Below are positions 30,039 through 34,697 of a stretch of 34,697 nt of DNA, one piece after another. Below the pieces are notes generated by a model. The model had not been told where the DNA came from. It was given only the letters and a program-made list of their open reading frames with translations, and ran no database searches. Each line of letters begins with the position of its first letter. Within the stretch, counting starts at the first letter, position 1. Source of the stretch: Candidatus Krumholzibacteriia bacterium (lineage in GTDB: Bacteria > Krumholzibacteriota > Krumholzibacteriia > WVZY01); contig JBHHVD010000028.1 of NCBI GenBank assembly GCA_046754105.1, positions 1 through 34,697 on the forward strand, read 5' to 3'. Made by a program: the position numbers and the translations under genes.

Positions 30039-30950
30039 CTAACCGGGGCCGCCCAGGACCGGGTAGCCGTCCAGGGCCGTCCGCCGGCCGAAGAGTTCGG
30101 CGAGCCGTCGGCTCACCGGGCCCGCCCCGCCCGATCCGATCGTGCGGCCGTCGACGGTCTTTACCCATGCGAGTTCGCCCATGGTACCGGTGCAAAACAT
30201 CTCGTCGGCGCCATAGATGTCCGCGGATGTTACGTCCCGCACCTCGCATGGGATCGCGTTTCGCTCGCACAGGTCCAGCACGGTGCGGCGCGTGATCCCC
30301 TCGGGGCACGCGTAGGCACGCGGTGTTGCCAACGCGCCCTTTTTCGCAATGAAGACGTTCGTGGCGTTGGTTTCGGCAACGTATCCCCTCGTATCCAGCA
30401 TAAGGGCGTCGTCCGCACCGGCGGCGCTGGCCTGCACCTTGGCCATGATCGACTGGATGAGATTCGCATGGTGGATTCTCGCATCGAGGCATTCCGGAGG
30501 AAAGCGCCTCACCGAGCTCGTAACGAGCGAGAGCCCACCCGTCCCGTAGACGGGATCCTTGTGCTCGGCGAGCACGATCAGCGTGGGCCCCGACTGGTTG
30601 AGCCGTGGGTCCATCCCTGAGGTGATCTTTTCCCCCCGCGTGAGGGTGAGCCGGATGTGCACGCCGTCGCGCATGCCGTTGGCGTCCAGCGTGCGGCGAA
30701 TCTCGTTTATGAAATGATCGTGCGGCGGAATTTCCGCAAAGGAGAGCGCCTCCGCCGACGCTCGCAGACGGTCGAGATGGTCGATGAGGCGAAAGATTCT
30801 GCCGTCGTAGAGGCGCAGTCCCTCCCACACGGCATCGCCTCCCTGGACGACGCTGTCGAAGGGGCTGATCCGTGCCTGGTCGCGGTGAACGAGCTCGCCA
30901 TTTACGTTGACCAGGAGATTGCGGTTCTTTTCGTTGAACGTCTGCAGCAT
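30039..30950 (-). CDS. Aminotransferase class IV (BCAT/D-amino acid aminotransferase-like)
   Basis: GDAVWEGLR, HLDRL, AETNATN, EGITR, ADEMFCTGTMGEL; start ATG 30950. Confidence 0.9.
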   Translation of the reverse strand: MLQTFNEKNRNLLVNVNGELVHRDQARISPFDSVVQGGDAVWEGLRLYDGRIFRLIDHLDRLRASAEALSFAEIPPHDHFINEIRRTLDANGMRDGVHIRLTLTRGEKITSGMDPRLNQSGPTLIVLAEHKDPVYGTGGLSLVTSSVRRFPPECLDARIHHANLIQSIMAKVQASAAGADDALMLDTRGYVAETNATNVFIAKKGALATPRAYACPEGITRRTVLDLCERNAIPCEVRDVTSADIYGADEMFCTGTMGELAWVKTVDGRTIGSGGAGPVSRRLAELFGRRTALDGYPVLGGPG

Positions 30951-30979
30951 AAGCGCTTCCCCGCACCCGGACCCGGGCG

Positions 30980-31732
30980 TCACGCAAGCAGCCGGTGTTC
31001 GTAAAGCTTGTCGTACGAAACCCGGCACGCTTCGTAAACGGTCTGCACACGCGCGGGCACCTCGTCGGGCTTTGGTGTGTAGGGTTGAAATCCCGTAGAC
31101 TTCTCGACGGCGTCGTACCAGTACTTCGCCCACACGCCGTCCGTATCGCGTGGGCCCTGCCTCCATGATAGCATCTCTTCCTGGAAGGGAACGCCCAGCT
31201 TCGAACAGAGCCGTGCCAGCACGCCGCGCGGGTCGTCGAGAACGTCTTTGGCATCGATGACCGGCGGCGTGGCCCCCACCGCATCCCGCAGCCGCACGAA
31301 GAGCTCCCATTGCTGGGGCAGTCCCGTGTCGTCCATCGTCGCTCCGGGGGTTACCTTGATGAGCGAGGTCAGCATTTCACCGGGGTCGCGGATCAAAAAG
31401 ACGTTGCGTAGCGACTCCACCCAACCGCGGTCGATCCCCGGCAGCAGGTGGTGGGCCATGTGTTTCTGGTAGAAAATGGCCTTGCCCCCGGGGATGTCAC
31501 CGGTCAGGTATGCGACCACCTTGCGCCAGTCGCTATCCTGGCTGGCCAGTACTTCTTCGCGGCCGGGGTGGTCGACGTCCGTCCGGCTGAGATAGTACGC
31601 ATAAAGCGGCTCGTCGCAAACGAACGTATCATCACGGCTCTCCCACGAGCGCATGAGTGCCGTGGAAATGTTGCGCGGGCCCGACCACATCGCGATGCGG
31701 GTGCCTGGCGAATGTCGTGTCTCGATCGTCAA
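30980..31732 (-). CDS. Sulfotransferase-like P-loop protein
   Basis: MWSGPRNISTALMRSW, DEPLY, QKHMAHH, FLIRDP, DGVWA.YWY..V..STGF; AAAGGAG then TTG. Confidence 0.85.
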   Translation of the reverse strand: MTIETRHSPGTRIAMWSGPRNISTALMRSWESRDDTFVCDEPLYAYYLSRTDVDHPGREEVLASQDSDWRKVVAYLTGDIPGGKAIFYQKHMAHHLLPGIDRGWVESLRNVFLIRDPGEMLTSLIKVTPGATMDDTGLPQQWELFVRLRDAVGATPPVIDAKDVLDDPRGVLARLCSKLGVPFQEEMLSWRQGPRDTDGVWAKYWYDAVEKSTGFQPYTPKPDEVPARVQTVYEACRVSYDKLYEHRLLA

Positions 31733-31777
31733 CGGACTCGCTCCTTTGACGCTTGCGGCGCGGGAGGATGAGTATCG

Positions 31778-31806
31778 AGTATAGAGGAATGGGGGTGAAA
31801 CGGCAA
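31778..31806 (-). promoter_or_regulatory. sigma70 promoter of the sulfotransferase-aminotransferase operon
   Basis: TTGCCG-N17-TATACT. Confidence 0.7.
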
Positions 31807-31830
31807 CGGCGCCGGATGCGCGCCGGCGTG

Positions 31831-33579
31831 TTACTTCGTGATACCCACGATGATCCCGTTGGCTCCTACGGCAAAGACATCACCCGTGCCGCTCACCGCG
31901 ACGCCGAGCAGTGCGAGCCCCGTGCCGGTGGCCGTGCGGGCCCAGCCGCTGCCGTCGAAGCGCAGGACGTTACCGCCGCTGCCCGAGGCGTAGAGTTCGT
32001 TACCCGAGACACCGGCGAGGTCCCACAGCGTGCGGCCGGTCGGGCTGTTCATGGTGTTCCACTGATTGCCGTTGTAGCTGAAAATACTCCCACCCAACCC
32101 GACGGCGAAGACGGCGCTCGCCGAGCTTCCCCACACTCCCCACAGGTCCGGTGTTGCGAAGTCCGGCATCCGGCTCCACGCGTTGCCATCGAAGCGCAGC
32201 ACGATACCCGCTCCCCCCACGGCGACGACGTTGTCCGGCGACGAGCCCCACACGCTCAGCAGCCGTTCGGTCGTGCCGCTCGGGACCGAATCCCACACGG
32301 CACCGTCGTAGCGAAGCGTGATCCCGTTCTGTCCCACCGCAAACACGTCTCCCGATGGGAAACCCCACAGGTCGAGGAGCAGCGACCGGGTCGGTGTGGA
32401 CTGCTGAGCCCAGCCCGTCGCGTCGCGATGCAAGACGGTGCCGTTGCGGCCCGCGGCGAAGACGTCGTCGGCCGACCGTCCCCACACGGCCCACAGATCT
32501 TCCGGCGTCGGGCTCGTAACGGGACTCCACAACGCCCCGTCCCAGGAGAGCAGGATTCCCTTGTCGCCCACGGCCCACGCGGCGCCGTCCGTTCCCGCCC
32601 ACACCGAGAGCAGCACGTCCCCGGTGCCGCCGCTGATCAGCGGATTCCACCCCGTCGGGTCTCGTCGCATGATCGTACCGAGCGTTCCCGTCGCGTACGC
32701 GTCGCCGCCCGGACTGCCGGTCACGTCCCTCAGCACGGCCCCCGATCCAGACACCGCGTCACTCCACGCCGCCCCGTCGTAATGAAGGACGGTCCCGGAA
32801 TCGCCCACCGCGTAGACGTCGTCGAAGGCCGTTCCCCAGACCGCCTCGAGATCCACGGTCGTCGTGCTGTTCATGCCCCTCCAGCGGCTGCCGTCGTAAT
32901 GCAGGATACTTCCGGCGTCGCCCACAACGTAGACGTCGTTCGCCGCGCTGCCCCAGACGCCGGTCAGCGTTACGGGAGGCACCGTGTCCGCGCCACTCCA
33001 CACCGACCCGTTGTAGTGTACGATCGTGCCGCCGAGCCCCACCGCGTAGACGTCGTCGCGCGCCGTCCCCCACACGTCGAGCAGAAGATCGCTGCTGGTG
33101 CTGTTCATCCCGTTCCAGCGCCCACCGTCGTAATGGAGAATGGTCCCCGCGTTTCCCACGGCGAAGACGTCCTGGCCCGAAGTACCCCACACATCGAAGA
33201 GCGGACCAGAGAGCCCCACGCTCATCCGCGCCCACGCCGATCCATCATAGTGGAGAATGGTACCCGCGTCGCCGACCGCGAAAATATCGTTCGCCGCGCT
33301 GCCCCAGACGCCCAGGAGGATGAACGCCGTCGTGCTCGCCATCGTCCTCCAGCCCGCACCGTTGTAATGGAGAATGGTCCCGCCATCCCCGACGGCGTAG
33401 ACGTCATCGGGCGCGGCGGCCCACGCGGAGTGATAGGTCTGCGATGTACGCTGGATGTTCCATACGGCGGCCGTGACCGGGATCAACGCGGCGGGATCGG
33501 TCGCGTTGTCGCTACACGCCGGCAGGACGGCGATGGCGAGGATCAGGGATGCCGCGAATCGGAGAGAGCTGCGTTGCAC
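31831..33579 (-). CDS. Beta-propeller repeat lipoprotein with 14 repeats of ~39 aa
   Basis: GTG 33579 after GGGGAA; lipobox LPAC; repeat consensus L..VWG....DV.AVG..G.ILHYDG..W. Confidence 0.85.
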   Translation of the reverse strand: MQRSSLRFAASLILAIAVLPACSDNATDPAALIPVTAAVWNIQRTSQTYHSAWAAAPDDVYAVGDGGTILHYNGAGWRTMASTTAFILLGVWGSAANDIFAVGDAGTILHYDGSAWARMSVGLSGPLFDVWGTSGQDVFAVGNAGTILHYDGGRWNGMNSTSSDLLLDVWGTARDDVYAVGLGGTIVHYNGSVWSGADTVPPVTLTGVWGSAANDVYVVGDAGSILHYDGSRWRGMNSTTTVDLEAVWGTAFDDVYAVGDSGTVLHYDGAAWSDAVSGSGAVLRDVTGSPGGDAYATGTLGTIMRRDPTGWNPLISGGTGDVLLSVWAGTDGAAWAVGDKGILLSWDGALWSPVTSPTPEDLWAVWGRSADDVFAAGRNGTVLHRDATGWAQQSTPTRSLLLDLWGFPSGDVFAVGQNGITLRYDGAVWDSVPSGTTERLLSVWGSSPDNVVAVGGAGIVLRFDGNAWSRMPDFATPDLWGVWGSSASAVFAVGLGGSIFSYNGNQWNTMNSPTGRTLWDLAGVSGNELYASGSGGNVLRFDGSGWARTATGTGLALLGVAVSGTGDVFAVGANGIIVGITK

Positions 33580-33659
33580 TGTTCCCCGTAGTTGTGGCGA
33601 GGGTGCCCGGCCTCGGGAGCGCCGGCCGGTACGGTTTGGGGGGCGAGTTCCCAAGGGAT

Positions 33660-33688
33660 AGAATAGCGGGTTACTGAGTCTGGCGCAA
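33660..33688 (-). promoter_or_regulatory. Putative sigma70 promoter of the propeller gene
   Basis: TTGCGC-N17-TATTCT. Confidence 0.55.
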
Positions 33689-33754
33689 ACGCTAACCGCA
33701 ACGCGTCAAAACAGGAACCACGGGTTCGGCGGGCCGGCCACCGGAACGGGGGCA

Positions 33755-34039
33755 CTAACGTGCTTCCCGCGCCATCACGAGCCACAGGACCTTCTCCGGC
33801 CCGGATGCCTCCCGAATCTCGGAGAGCTCCCATCCCGACTCACCGAGTTTGCTCAGCCGCTCCTGGACCGTGCGGCTCGGGCGGGACTCGCCACTGAGAT
33901 CGAGCTCCACGACCCAATATTCGATCTTCGCCTGCGGCTCGCCGGCAGCCCGCCGCAGCGAACCGATACCGGCGATTCCGAGGAGTAACAGACCGGCCAG
34001 AAGTGCCATTCCTCGATGGCGTGGGAAAAAACCAGACAT
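33755..34039 (-). CDS. Small DUF4177-like protein with N-terminal signal/anchor
   Basis: GGGAGG RBS, ATG 34039; EY.VV and L..LG..GWEL motifs. Confidence 0.65.
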   Translation of the reverse strand: MSGFFPRHRGMALLAGLLLLGIAGIGSLRRAAGEPQAKIEYWVVELDLSGESRPSRTVQERLSKLGESGWELSEIREASGPEKVLWLVMAREAR

Positions 34040-34124
34040 AAACGCCTCCCGTTTCTTGATGGTTGCAAACGATGGTTGTCGGCACATGATAGGGCAGGCG
34101 GCTCGATGCCGTCGAGCTTAGTTC

Positions 34125-34697
34125 TCACCGGGCACACTGCGCCCGGGCAACCGTCAGACCGCCCACGTTGTCGCTGGCGTAGAGAAAGAACGGATCCGCG
34201 GCGACACCGGACGCCGACCCCGCCGTGTTGAGGGTGCCAATGAAGCGGGGGGACTGCGGCACACGGATATCGATCGCGTGCACGCCGCCCCCTCGATCGG
34301 CGGCATACAGCAGGTCGCCCACCGGGAGGACCCACCACGCCGAGCCCGGTGTATCCACCGTTGTAACGAGCACCGGTGCCGACGGTGTACGGACGTCGAC
34401 GACGTGCACGCCGGCATCTGCGGCGGCGATGTACGCCCAGGCTCCGGAGATGGCGATTCCCAGCGCCGAACCGGGCGAGCCCGGGAACGTCAGCGATATA
34501 TCGACGACCCGGGGCCGCGCCGGGTCGCCGATGTCGACCAGCCGCAGGTCGGACGTGCCCGCCGCCACGTACGCGTGAGAGCCGGACAGTGACACGTCGA
34601 ACGCGATTCCCCCCGGGTTCGCGCTTCCGGCGAACGCTGGAACCGATCCATCTCGTATGACATAGACGCCGATCCCCCCGAATCCGCTGGCCAGGAC
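34125..34697 (-). CDS. LVIVD-repeat beta-propeller protein, C-terminal part (5'-truncated)
   Basis: Frame open to the window end; repeats such as AYVAAG...L.LVDI.DP..P and AYIAA...GVHVVDV..P..P, DTPG.A. Confidence 0.85.
   Translation of the reverse strand, partial: VLASGFGGIGVYVIRDGSVPAFAGSANPGGIAFDVSLSGSHAYVAAGTSDLRLVDIGDPARPRVVDISLTFPGSPGSALGIAISGAWAYIAAADAGVHVVDVRTPSAPVLVTTVDTPGSAWWVLPVGDLLYAADRGGGVHAIDIRVPQSPRFIGTLNTAGSASGVAADPFFLYASDNVGGLTVARAQCAR

Noticed and set aside
31831..33450. ~117-bp periodic DNA repeats as a CRISPR array
   Set aside because: The repeats are degenerate and codon-phased protein repeats, with no identical repeat-spacer structure and no cas genes.
31753..33591. 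Long antisense or alternate-frame ORFs (also 1866..3749, 20477..21988, 27659..28993, 29968..31284)
   Set aside because: These are shadow ORFs expected in high-GC DNA; they are Arg/Pro/Gly-rich and overlap well-supported genes.

Overview
GC-rich bacterial chromosomal window with no rRNA, tRNA, CRISPR array or transposase gene. The centre (10.1-24.9 kb) is one 15-gene aromatic amino acid supraoperon: trpEGDCFBA-aroH-aroF-tyrA-aroA-aroE-aroC-aroKB-aroQ. It is preceded by a sigma70-type promoter overlapped by a perfect TTGAT-N4-ATCAA box, and by an unannotated 37-aa leader peptide containing Tyr-Tyr-Trp-Trp-Trp with terminator/antiterminator hairpins. The left arm carries a partial SGNH-like gene, exosortase H plus its partner membrane protein, class I fumarase, an S9 peptidase, a Spy/CpxP-like protein, a cold-shock protein with a long structured leader, a GH32/43-like lipoprotein and an isocitrate dehydrogenase-family gene. 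A ~210-nt nested palindromic element lies between that gene and the trp promoter. The right arm carries a DUF3179-like secreted protein with an in-frame TGA at a conserved Cys position followed by a SECIS-like hairpin (probable selenoprotein, split in two by the ORF track). It also has a FemAB-like GNAT, a methyltransferase, nupC, a Cys-rich secreted protein ending in a TWGxxK tail, a sulfotransferase-like/class IV aminotransferase pair, a 14-repeat beta-propeller lipoprotein, a DUF4177-like protein and a partial LVIVD-repeat gene. All family calls are from motif recognition by eye; no database searches were run.
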